A stretch of 64,000 bases of DNA from Octopus sinensis (Eukaryota), in NCBI RefSeq assembly GCF_006345805.1, contig NC_043002.1:51522001-51586000 (forward strand), in the 5' to 3' direction. Under the pieces are notes generated by a model, which was not told the DNA's origin, made no database searches, and saw only the letters and a list, made by a program, of their open reading frames with translations. This document shows positions 23,031 through 35,222 of this stretch, in pieces. Every line of letters begins with the position of its first letter. Within the stretch, counting starts at the first letter, position 1. The position numbers and the translations under genes were made by a program.

Positions 23031-25889
23031 GTCACAGCTGGAATGTCTTTGATCATAGGTCTATTCACTCAGGACTAATCTTGTACTAAACGGCAACAAC
23101 TAAATGGTTTTCTTTCGGCTAATGATTCAGATGTTATTGTGTGCAGTAGCAGTACTTTGATATTTAAATATGTGAGCAATACTCCAAGATAGATCACACT
23201 TGAACATTATAAAGAGTTAAAGCAACAAATCAGGATTGGATAATTCTTTGGTTCTGAATTAGAATCTTAGTCGTTGCAGTGTAATTTTAAATTCCCATAT
23301 TGTAAGTGTATGTTCACCATGATAGATCACCAGGAATTATAAAGCCTGGGACATGTAGTGAATTTGAAAGTTTCAGATATGTTCATGCAGAGAAAGAGAT
23401 AATGTGAAGTTGCTTCTGTGATATGTATCCTGTTTGTGTTTGTGTAGCTGTCAAAATAAACTTGGTTGGTATGTCTATATTGGAGAATGTTTTTAAAGTG
23501 TTGAGAAAGCAGTGCATATCTAACAGGAATGTTTAGATTGCTTGTAGATGACACTTGTGTTTAGAAGTTAAGAAGTTAGGGTGCTATATGTTGACATAGA
23601 ATTTTATGATGTTAGTGGTGACAGTGAGAAGTTGTCAATGTACAGAAGGAAGATATATTAAAATTACTATGGGAAATACACTAAAGCCTTGAAGTTGTGG
23701 ATCCTCCATAGTTTCAATTAAGTTGTTTGATCAACCAAACTATTTACACATTAAATCAACATGTAAATGGCTAAGTATTCCAGAGACACATGTACCTTTA
23801 TTTAACATAATTCTAGGGTCAAATCAGTATGATACAATGTAATGCTACTGGGTCTTTGAATTAAAAGTATAATCCTTGAGACAGGCTCCTATACAGTTTC
23901 TATTTAACCAATTTTACTCACAAGACATTGGTTAGTCTGCATCTATGGTAAAAGACATTTGTCCAAAATCTCTTCTAAAACAGATACTTGCTTATTTAAT
24001 TTTTTTATTTTTTATAAAAACTGAACATTAAGTAATTAATATTCTAAGATGAATAATCTGAAAATGAATTATCAGATCTGCTTTCCAAGTTTAGGATTCA
24101 AAGCAACAATGATAAAGGTGAAATAATGCAATGTATAATGGTCATCATTTTAACATCTACTTTTCCATGCTTGCACAGGTTGGGTGGAATTGTTTTTCAG
24201 ATGGATTTTCTACAGTTGGATGCTCTTCCCATCACTAACTTTCACCTGTTTCCAAATAGGGTAATATTTCCCCATTACCAGAAATGTTTTCATGGAAGAT
24301 TAGGAATGAAGGTGGCAATTGTTTACAACTATCACATAATTTCAAAGCAAGGAGATAGTAACACACACACACCTGATGGGCTTCTTCAGTTTCCATCAGC
24401 CATATCCACTCACAAGACTTGGGTTGGCCTTGCTGTGGTATTGAACCCAGAACCATGTGGTTGGGAAGCAGCCTTGCTTGCACCTATTTGAGAGATATAT
24501 GATGATATGATGTACAATTATTCCTCAATAATTACTTATATTTAAAAAATTCTCCTTAGAGAAGCCAAACAGGAAATACCCCATTTAAATTTACAACAAT
24601 TGAAATATAATAGAAAATAGTATTTTGTTTGTGAAAAATGTACCATTTTTAAACAAATGGTATCTTACATTGTTAATCCTTGACTCAACGTGTGTGTGTG
24701 TGTGTAATGCTCATGATGAGCCTCATGATTCATTCAATGTATTTACAACTATTCTTATAGAAAGTTAATGAGTGTACTCGTACTTACTTTTATTATAGTA
24801 TATAATAGAAATATTATAGAAATACAAATAGTAATAATAATATTTATAATAATGAATGCAAAAAAAAGTCCATCAAGCTTGTTCTTTTAATTGCTTTTTT
24901 TTTGAAATCCTAAACAATGTAAGTTAGCTTTATCTTTCATTGGGGATTACGATAAAACAAACTTCAAACAGTACACATTCTAATTAACTGGCAATTTTTG
25001 TTCTGCATTTGTAAAGAACACTAACCTTTTTGATACCACCCATCCCAAGGTTGCCCTAATTCTGAGGAATACTCTTCCTGTTTTAAAATGATCTGAACTA
25101 AAACCTTCCATCAAGATTTCATGTTCATTTATGTACCAAACATCAGCTTAATAATAATGAAGTTGTTTTGCTAAATTCCTCGTAATTTTAATAATTAAAA
25201 CAACGGCAGTGTACTTCAACCAAAATATGGTAACAAAAGAGTGGAGAGACAGGTATATTGCACTATTCTGGTATTATTTGTTGCTTGTATTTATTGAGTG
25301 GCATTTCTTGTTTGTTTTCTGAAATCTTGGAGTATACTTCCATTTTCCTTTTATCCGAATGAAATTATGTCTGTGAGTGTATGTCTGCATGCATATATGT
25401 GTGTGTATGTGTGAAGGCAGATGTATGTATTTATTTGTATTTATTGAGCATTTGATCTGAAAGAGTTTAAGGAGTTAGTTAATGGTTCACTATACATAAG
25501 TTGATGCCAAAAATCAAGCAATGTTTCGTACCGTATCAACTGATTTTGTTAGAAATATACATATTGACTGTGTGGTTGAAAAGTTTACTTCACAACCATG
25601 TGGTTATGAGTTCAATCCAACTGTGTGAAACCTTGGACAAGGCTTCTACTACAACCTCATGGTGTGACCGAAATCTTGTGAAGAGTAAATTTGATAGACA
25701 GAAACTGAAAGAAGTCCATTGGGTTTGTGTGTATGTGAGTATGTATGTTTGTATGTATGTGTTTGAAGAACATTGAACATTTCTAACAGCATAAACTTTG
25801 GACAATAAGGATTTGATGGAATGACTACATTACCAATAAAAAGGTTCTGCTCTAGGCCAGACTGATCAGCATTGAAGCTACCATAGCAT

Positions 25890-26330
25890 GACACCACCTT
25901 CACTGGTTGGAGCACGTCATATACATACCTCAAATACACCTCCCTCCATCAATTCCTCTGTGTGGAGTTGGTCTCAGGCGCCAGACCACACAGCACCCCC
26001 AAATTTCATTTCTGAGACCAGCTCAAGACCACACTCCTTTGCTGCTCCATTGATCCAAATACCGGGAAGACAATTGCCAAGGACTGCCCAAAGTGGCACC
26101 ATGTCATCATCAGGGGAATAGGCCAGATGGAAAATAACAGATGTCACAAGGCAGAGATCAGATGTCAAAGACACAAAGAGGGACTTGCACTCCCTTGTTC
26201 CCTGTCAAGTCTCCTCTGCGATAAATGCCCCACTGGCTCTTCTATAACACCTCACGCACTAGCAATCTTCACACCCATCAGGATGAGGAAACTCAATCAT
26301 TCTCTACAGATTAAATACTCGGATACGGGT
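25890..26330 (+). mobile_element. RTE-clade LINE 3' fragment (different subfamily)
   Basis: HWLEHVI...ELVSGARPHSTPKFHF*DQLKTTL..CSIDPNT.KTIAKDCPKWHHVIIRG, with frameshift and stop. Confidence 0.7.
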
Positions 26331-27562
26331 TAATGCCGATGACGACAATGTGTTTGCATGTAACCTTGTCTTATGTGATGACTCTAAACAATCATTATCA
26401 TCATTAACATGCATGTGATGTTGTTTCTGTCCAGTCTTCCATAGAAAAACATGTCTGGTACAAGGAAATAGCACCTTGCTTGGAAACAGGAAAGGAATGG
26501 TTTCAAGAAGGGCATCCAGTCTTATAAAATCTGCCTTGACAAATTCCATCCGACACACACAAGTTTAAACAATGATGATGATGATAGGGTGGTGGTGGTG
26601 ATGATGATGATGGTGATACATCTTTATTCTCATCACCATAGTAGAAAGGACTTCCTTTGGTCACAAATGACCTTGGGATTGCACCTAGAAATTTACCTGC
26701 CAAGGCACAAGTCTGGGCAAGGTTGTTTATGAAAGACCAGCAGTCACCCATGCATACCAACATCCCCTCTCCATGCCACCAATGTTGTCCAAGGGAAAGG
26801 CAAAAGCTGATACAGCTTGGCACCAGTGATGGTGCAACTTATTTCTACAGATCAATGAACTGGAGCAACATGAAATAATGTGTCAGCTCAAGAGCACTAC
26901 AAACAGCCCAATCCAGGAATCAAACACACTACCTCATGGTTGTGAACCTGATGCTCTAACTACTGAGCCATACACCTTCACTGTAGTAATCATTGTTATA
27001 ATTACCCAAATTCTCATCAACATTGTTATATTTTATCTAAGTGTTCTTATTATATTTTTAAATGTTAAGAGGTCAACTCTTTATTCACTAACTTTATCTC
27101 GTTTCTCTCTACTTCAGCTCTTATCTATTCCTTTGAATAATTCCTACAATTATTGTTGTATTTGTATCGCCACCACCACGACACAATGAAAATTACTTTC
27201 CATACTACTATATTAAACCTGTCTAATTTTAAAATTTCAAGATTCACTGCTTTAAATGTATTGATGTATTTTAATGCTTGAAGACACTGCACTCCACCAT
27301 ATATACACATATATATGATCACACAAATGAGCTGAAGTTCACTTTAGCTGTTTTAGATGTGTTTTTTTTTTATTGATTATCAAATCAATTACATCCTGTT
27401 AAAAAAATCTTTTTTGTTTTTTTTTTCCAAGCAAATTAAAATCCAAGATTTAACATTTAGGAGTTTTCACATAAAGCATAGCATGTGTTTTGACTCCCTC
27501 ACAACGGTGCTGGTTGGGAGAGTATAAGATGATAATGATATGTGTAGAAAGTAAAAGGAACT

Positions 27563-27624
<62 letters not shown>

Positions 27625-27633
27625 GTTAATTAT

Positions 27634-27813
27634 GTGACCAGTGGCCTTGCATCCATAAAGCATTTAGCCTTATAGATGGCTCTTGGACCCTAATGGCTAC
27701 AGTTATATTACCACTTTTTAAAATAGAGATAGAGGTTATAATTCCTTGACCATTAGGGTCCGGTGAGCCATCTCTAAGATTAAGTGCTTTATGGATACAA
27801 AACCATTGGTCAC
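27634..27813. repeat. Imperfect inverted repeat (MITE-like), ~63-bp arms
   Basis: gtgaccagtgg...catccataaagca...gatggctc..ggaccctaatgg pairs with ccattagggtcc..gagccatc...tgctttatggat...ccattggtcac. Confidence 0.7.
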
Positions 27814-28326
27814 CCTATGACTGGCCCTAAGCACTTAAAAGGTTTTGGTGCCCTCAAGTATATGTAAATGATTCAAAATGTAAACAAAAATAATTCGAAA
27901 TGTAAATAATAAACCATAAAACAAATCTTTTTCTTTGAAAGTGAAACAAAATTCACAGTAATATGGAAAATAATGTTTATTTTTGTTTGCTTCCATTTTA
28001 TTTATATTTGAAAAGTTTACTCCTTTGGGTTTTTTTTTTATTGCAAAGTGCTTCATGATATCGTTAAAATTAATTTTACATAAAACATCTGCTTCTATAC
28101 TTAGTAGAGATAAGACATTACGAATATCATTTTAGCAAGTTTAAAGTGATTTCTTTCTTGCCATAAACCATTATCATTTCTGTGGTGCCAATCCCTAGCA
28201 TGTCCTTATTTTGATTAATGGGTTAAACTAGCACTGACTGGCCATATAATTAACTTCCTATAAATATATTACTGTTTTAATGTTTAGAGTATGCTCCTTT
28301 TTTGGATATATGATCTACTGATGATA

Positions 28327-29047
28327 TCTTTATATATATAAAACTGAGAATGTCTGTCTGTCTGTGTGTTTCCCAAAAACTTGAGAACTACACAACCAAT
28401 TTCATTCAAATTTTACACATGCCTTACTTAGGGTCCATGTAGTTTCATGGGCAAAAAAAAAATGTTCAACTTCTTGCCTAGAGCGAGCCCATAGCAATGT
28501 CATATCTTCTCCACTATTTCAGTATTACGTGTTAAAAGTGAAACAAAAATATTTCTTTATTTTATGTCAGATGCTTTCACTTTAGCAATAAAAATAATAA
28601 TAACAATTGAATTATATGTAGTAAGTAATAATTAAAATCAAACTAAAGTATAATATAATCATAACATACAAAAGTAAAAATAGCAATTGGTATAAAATTG
28701 CATCAATGATTTGAACTTAAATAAGTGGTTTCACATGAATAGGAATAAATTTAAAATAAAATTAGCATGCAGAAATGGAATAGTCTAGATGGATAATAAA
28801 AAATTATATTAAAGAAAAGACTATTGTCTATAAAGTATACAGTATAGAGAAAAAAGAAGAGCTAATAATTCCAGTCTGTTATATATTTTGAGTATTGTTA
28901 TCACTAGCGATATCAAGATATAACTTTGTATTTTGCATTTTATGTGTAGATGTATATATATAGATGTGCATGTAATATGTACACATATATATACACATAT
29001 ACATGCACTAGCACTATGACCCGGCAACGACGGGTCTTTAATGCTAG
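28327..29047 (+). mobile_element. Non-autonomous Helitron
   Basis: A|TC 5' end; 3' hairpin gacccg-gcaacga-cgggtc (29018-29036) then CTAG|T; no target-site duplication. Confidence 0.8.
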
Positions 29048-29057
29048 TATATATATA

Positions 29058-29450
29058 TAAGTGCAGGAGTGGCTGTGTGGTATGTAGCTTGCTTACCAAC
29101 CACATAGTTCTGGGTTCAGTCCCACTGCGTGGCACCTTGGGCAACTGTCTTCTACTATAGCCTTGGGCCGACCAAAGCCTTGAGTAGATTTGGTAGATGG
29201 AAACTGAAAGAAGCCTGTCGTATATATATATATATATGTATGTATACGTTTGTATGTCTGTATTTGTCCCACCACCATCGCTTGACAACCGATGTTGGTG
29301 TCTTTACGTGCCCATAACTTAGTGGTTCAGCAAAAGAGACCAATAGATTGAGTACTAGGCTTACAAAGAGTAAGTCCTGGGGTCAGTTTGTTTGACTAAA
29401 GGCAGTGCTTCAGCATGGCCACAGTCAAATAACAAACAAATAAAAGAATA
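29058..29450 (+). mobile_element. SINE family A, older copy
   Basis: Same head, spacer and tail as other family-A copies. Further copies at ~32555-32960, 34215-34605, 35480-35740, 37585-37980(-), 47240-47520, 47775-47930. Confidence 0.85.
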
Positions 29451-30289
29451 TATATATAGACTCCATGGCATCTTATTGGAATGTAATACATTATTCTTAT
29501 ATTTAGAAAATTATTAATCAGTCACATATTTGGTTATCTTCATAAAAACCTTGTCTATTTGGCATTGTGTGTCATTTTCTGACAGCTGGTGCCCACAGCT
29601 GATCTAATTCTTTATCTCTTTTAGTACTTTTACATCTGTAAAATTATTGGTTCTGCTGTAACCACATGATAACTATTAACTACATCCGTCAATCTATATT
29701 GGGTTTTTCCTCCCTGTGCCTTGTACTTGCGTTTATGTATTTGTTTTGTAAGATTCCTGATATGAAATCACGTGTTGAAACAGATATTGCTATACTTGCA
29801 CTCTATACATGGTTTTCACTTCAGCTTTATTATTCTTATTTTACTGTCCTTTGCTGGAAACCTTTCATCACACATTCTGTGTCCTCCTCAGTGACATTCC
29901 ATCTCACATGTCTCTTCCTGTTCTGTTAAATCCATTCTGTCTTTCTAAGGTGTGTATCCTTATCTGCGTTTGAGTGTTTGTGTGTGTGTGTGTATGTGTG
30001 GAGTATTGATTTAAAAATAGGTCCGGGTATAGTATTATGTTGTGAACAAGTTCACTTGGCAATCACATATTTTTGTGTTCAGTCTAATTGCTGTACATTA
30101 GGTAAAATATCTTCTAATGCCCTTGGTCAACCAATGTAAGTGAAACTTCTGTATATTTAAGAAGCTTGCTTCTCTACCATATCATTCAGGTTCAGTCCCA
30201 TTGTGCAGCACTTTAGACTAGTGTTTTTTTGTATAGATCCACGCCAACCAATGCCTTATGAGTGGATTTAGTAGACAGAAACTAAAAAA

Positions 30290-30525
30290 GGCAGTGAGCT
30301 GGCAGAAATGTTAGAACGCCGGACGAAATGGATAGCGGTATTTCGTCTGTTTTTACGTTCTGAGTTCAAATTCCGCCAAGGTCGAGTTTGCCTTTCATGC
30401 TTTCGGGGTCGATTAAATAAGTACCAGTTATGCACTGGGGTCGATATAATCGATTTAATCTGTTTGTCTGTCCTTGTTTGTCCCCTCTGTGTGTAGCCCC
30501 TTGTGGGCAATAAAGAAATAAGAAA
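30290..30525 (+). mobile_element. Family-B SINE with tail ending gcaataaagaaata
   Basis: aggcagtgagctggcagaa head, gagttcaaattccgcc B-box-like motif; same tail at 47060-47240. Confidence 0.85.
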
Positions 30526-30668
30526 CTAAAAAGATAATCATTGTGTGTGTATGTGTGCATGTATGTGTGTGTGCATGTATATGTGTGTTTGTTTGCATCT
30601 GCAAAGTGCAGCTGGCATCAAACCATCTGGACACTTTGTGCATTGATGCTGTGTGGAATAAGCAAAAC

Positions 30669-31068
30669 TCTTTTCTCTTTCTCTTTTACTTGTTTCAGTC
30701 ATTTAACTGCGGCCATGCTGGAGCACCGCCTTTAATCGAGCAACTCGACCCCGGGACTTATTCTTTGTAAGCCCAGTACTTATTCTATCGGTCTCTTTTT
30801 TGCCGAACCGCTAAGTGACGGGGACGTAAACACACCAGCATCGGTTGTCAAGCGATGCTAGGGGGACAGACACACAAACACACACACATATATATATATA
30901 TATACGACAGGCTTCTTTCAGTTTCTGTCTACCAAATCCACTCACAAGGCATTGGTCGGCCCGGGGCTATAGCAGAAGACACTTGCCCAAGATGCCACGC
31001 AGTGGACTGAACCCGGAACCATGTGGTTGGTTAGCAAGCTACTTACCACACAGCCACTCCTGCGCCTA
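30669..31068 (-). mobile_element. SINE family A, young copy (antisense in the putative HPS4 intron 1)
   Basis: Nearly identical to 2178-2589. Confidence 0.9.
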
Positions 31069-32711
31069 TTTACTCAAAAAGCAAAAAAGATTTGCATCAG
31101 TAAAACAATGGCTGAAAAACAATTCTTTAAACAACATTCTCTTTTAATTCTTGCAAGCATGGAAAAAATGGACATAAAACAAATAAACAAACTTAATAAG
31201 TAGCAGAATTGTAATAAGCTCCTTCATACATTTTGGGGCCTCAAAGATTAGTTGGGGGAAAGAAGGAAATTATCCTCTGATGGAGCAACTAGCCCACATG
31301 CTTACTACAGAAACTGCTCTGCAAAACAAACCCAAGGGCTGGTGATGTGGTGATGGTCAAGGTACTACACTGTGGGATTGAACCCAGAACCAATGTGGTT
31401 GAGATGTGAACTTCTGAACCATACAGCCATGCCATTACTAAGTCATATAAAACAACAACAACAACAGAAAAAGGCACTGCTCTATGTGGTTCAGCTCTTT
31501 GTTACACAACACATGGCATCAGGGCCAACCATTGACTTGTAAGTGAATTTGATTGATGGAAACTGCATAGAGGCCCATTATGTATGCATGCATAGTGTGT
31601 GTCTCACTGTCTTACAACCAGTGTAGATTTGGTTACATTCCCAAAACAAAGCAGTTCAACACAAAAGAGATGAATAGAATAAGTAATAAGTATAAAATAA
31701 GTTCTGGATGTGGTTTGATTGACTAATTCTTTCAAGGCAGTGTCCACAGCATGGCCACAGATCAATGACTAATATAAATAAATAAATAATTATGTTTGGT
31801 GTATGTATAGATTATTTCTATCTTTAAAACATATATTATATTTTAGTGTATTTATGTATCATAAATGATTTTCTATAAACAAATTTGTGACAAAAAGAAG
31901 TCATAGACTGGTCTTAACACTTTTGATACCAGCCAGCCTTATATAATAGAAACCTTAGTTATGTGATACAAATGTCTTGTTTTAAAGTAATCTCGATTAT
32001 TATAATTTCATGTTGATTTTTGCTCCAAATTCCCAGATGAACTCCACCCTCCAAAAATGCAGCGAGATGGCAGAATCATTAGCACACTAGGCATTTCATA
32101 GGCACACTTAGTGGCATTTCATTTATCCTTAAGGTCTGAGTTCAAATACTAATAAGGTCAACTTTGCCTTTCATCCTTTCAGGGTCAATAAAATAAGTAC
32201 CAGTCGAGCACTGGGGTCAATGTAATTGATGTAACCCCTCCATGAACTTGCTGGCCATATGCCAAAATTTCAAATAACACCCTAATTTTTGGGACTTAAA
32301 ATTTGGAAAAAATGTTTTGTAAGGGATTATAATACTATCCATTTATAAGAAACTCCCATAGTTTTTTAACCTAATTTTTGACCAAAAAAAGGGTTCCTTA
32401 TACACATTAAAATACGGTAATTTATGCTCCAAACACTAGCTTAACAATGACAAAGTTATTTCCCTAAATTCTTCATTATTTCCAAACTTAGCTGAAACTG
32501 AGGTGGCATATTTCAACAGAAATATGGTAACAAAAGGATCAATCAGCATACAGATCCGTGTGGTTAAGTGGCTTGCTTACCAGTCACATGGTTCCAGATT
32601 TAGTCCCACTGCATGGCACCTTGAGCAAGTGTCTTCTACTATAGCCTCGGGCCAACCAAAGCATTGTGAGTAGATTTGGTAGACAGAAACTGAAAGAAGC
32701 TCATCGTGTGC

Positions 32712-32749
<38 letters not shown>

Positions 32750-33048
32750 GTGTGTGTGTATGCGTGTCTGTGTTTGTCCCCCCAACATCCTGACAACCGA
32801 TGCAGGTGTGCTTACATCCCTGTAACTTAGCAGTTTGGCAAAAGAGACTGATAGAATAAGTACTAGGCTTACAAAGAATAAGTCCAGTGGTCAATTTGCT
32901 CGACTAAAGGTGGTGCTCCAGCATGGCCGCAGTCAAATGGCTGAAACAAGTAAAAGAATAAATGAATGTAAGATAGCTGAAATTATGAAAGATTTGCATC
33001 TTTTTATTTGACATTATTCAAGATTCTTAAATATTTGTTCTATTTCAG

Positions 33049-33148
33049 GACTCTAACAGACACACGTGTCATTCTCTATGACCTGACTGTTCTAAAAGAT
33101 GAAGGAGATGACCCAAAGAATGCTATATTATATTACTATCCAGAAACG
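33049..33148 (+). CDS. HPS4: HPS4-like exon (R-TLTDTRVILYDLTVLKDEGDDPKNAILYYYPET)
   Basis: tttcag| acceptor, |gtttgt donor, phase 2 to 0; resembles the HPS4 N-terminal FFLYD...KEEGDP...ICYFYP motif. Confidence 0.85.
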
Positions 33149-33352
33149 GTTTGTTGTGTTTTTTTTTGCCGATTCGTCTCCCTTGTTTGTTAGACTGTGT
33201 TAAAATGGCATAAGCTAATGTCTTGTTCACACTGCATAAGTATTTCTAATTGTATTTTTGATGTTCGCTACATTCAGTAATTTATTTGTTAAATATTTTA
33301 CATATTGATGGACGTAGTAATGGGAGATAACTCCATTTGATCTGATTTGTAG

Positions 33353-33496
33353 ATAGATGAAACAGAACTTTGTAACATATTTGGTCAATTGATGGGAATG
33401 ATTAATATCCATGAAAATTACTTGAACTCGCCTCCACGTTCAATTTACCTTTATCGAGGAATGTATGTGTTCAAGCATTTCAAAGAATATCGGTTG
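33353..33496 (+). CDS. HPS4: HPS4-like exon (IDETELCNIFGQLMGMINIHENYLNSPPRSIYLYRGMYVFKHFKEYRL)
   Basis: ttgtag| acceptor, |gtatgt donor, 48 codons, phase 0-0; matches HPS4 'LCGQIAGV...SPPTLVRL...FAIK' region. Confidence 0.85.
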
Positions 33497-35114
33497 GTAT
33501 GTTGTTTTCTATTCTATGTATGTATGTCATGTAAATGTCAGCCATAAAATCGTAGTCGTGGCAATGTAAAAAGCACCCATTACACTCTGAGTGGTTGATG
33601 TTCAGAAGGGCATCCAGCTATAGAAACCTTGCCAAATCAGACTGGAATCTGGTGCAGCCCTCCGGCTTACCAGTTCCTGTCAAACCGTCTAATCCATGCC
33701 AGTATGGAAAGTAGATGTTAAATGATGATGATGATTAAAATTGTCAGTGGAATTAATGTCTTGTATATTTCATTGGTTAATTAAGGTGTTTGACTTCTAA
33801 TACAAGAATTTGTGTTTCAAACCCTACCTAATTCTTGGTGCAATTGGTTCTCGATCATTTTTTGCTTACGAACACCTTTGATTCCTATTTTACTCTACTG
33901 GACTCCCATAGACATTCTCTGTTCAAAAAGCATCCCGTTATATTTTTATAATTAAATATTTATGGAATTGTATAAAAAAAATTGTTGAAAGATTTTGTGT
34001 ATTGTAGAAGTATAACCAATTTATTGCACATAAATTTTAACAGCAAAACCTTATGTGCTCCTCTAAGGGTCATGTGGACCCTGGTGGAAAAAAACAGTTT
34101 TAGACAATGAAAATTTCTATAGCTATGCTTTATAGTCTTGGAGATATTTTTTCCTTGGAAATTAAAGCCTATATTTAATGTAAGAAGGCAAAAGAATAAT
34201 ATATGCAATGTAGGCATAGGAGTGGCTGTGTGGTAAGTAGCTTGCTTACGAACTACATGGTTCTGGGTTCAGTCCCACTGCGTGGCACCTTAGGCAAATG
34301 TCTTCTGCTATAGCCTCGGGCCAACCAAAGCCTTGTGAGTGGATTTGGCAGATGGAAACTGAAAGAAGCCCATTTTATATATGTATTTGTGTGTATATAT
34401 TTATGTGTCTGTGTTTGTCCCCCCAACATCGCTTGACAACCGATGCTGGTGTGTTTATGTCCCTCTAACTTAGCGGTTCAGCAAAAGAGACTGATAGAAT
34501 AGGTGCTAGGCTTACAAAGAATAAGTCCTGGGGTTGATTTGCTTGATTAAAAGCAGTGCTCCAGCATGGCCACAGTCAAATGACTGAAACAAGTAAAAGA
34601 GTAACAGTTTTCTGCTAAAAAAAAATATCCCAGAAAATGCTGGATTTACTCATAAATCTGTGTTTTAACCAAATCTGAATGTTTTAAAAATGATATTTTG
34701 TATCATTAAATCAGAGTCTCAAATGGGTTTGGTATCAAAGGATGTCTCTTCCTTTTGTACTTATAATGTTTTTCTGAATTGCAACAAATTTATCTTTGAT
34801 TTCTTTTTTCCTGTTTAATGACAGTATACCTACTTCACGCATGCACACTCCCCCCCTCTCTCTCTCGCTCTCTTGAATATAGGCAAAAGTTGAGTATTTT
34901 TCATCCTTTTACTTGCTTCAGTCATTAGACTGCAGCCATAAGAATTTTAGTCAGAGGGATTGACCTCAGTACTTATTACTTTCCAAGCCCACTATTTATT
35001 CTCTGTCTCTTTTGCTGAACCACTAAGTTTTTTTTGTTTCAAATATGAACTTTATTGTTTTCCATTTCAGTGTAAATTTCTTATTTGTATAAACTGTTTT
35101 AATTTTTTTGTTAG

Positions 35115-35222
35115 GTCCTTGGAAGTACTCAAAGTCAGAATGAATCTGCTCTGTTATATCAACTTCAGTTATTGTATGAAGTGTTCTGCTTACTACAGGG
35201 AAACCTAAAAGATGTGAAAAAG
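35115..35222 (+). CDS. HPS4: HPS4-like exon (VLGSTQSQNESALLYQLQLLYEVFCLLQGNLKDVKK)
   Basis: tgttag| acceptor, AAG|gtacag donor, 36 codons, phase 0-0; matches 'VLGC...FLDQLVGFFNFYNG'. Confidence 0.8.
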
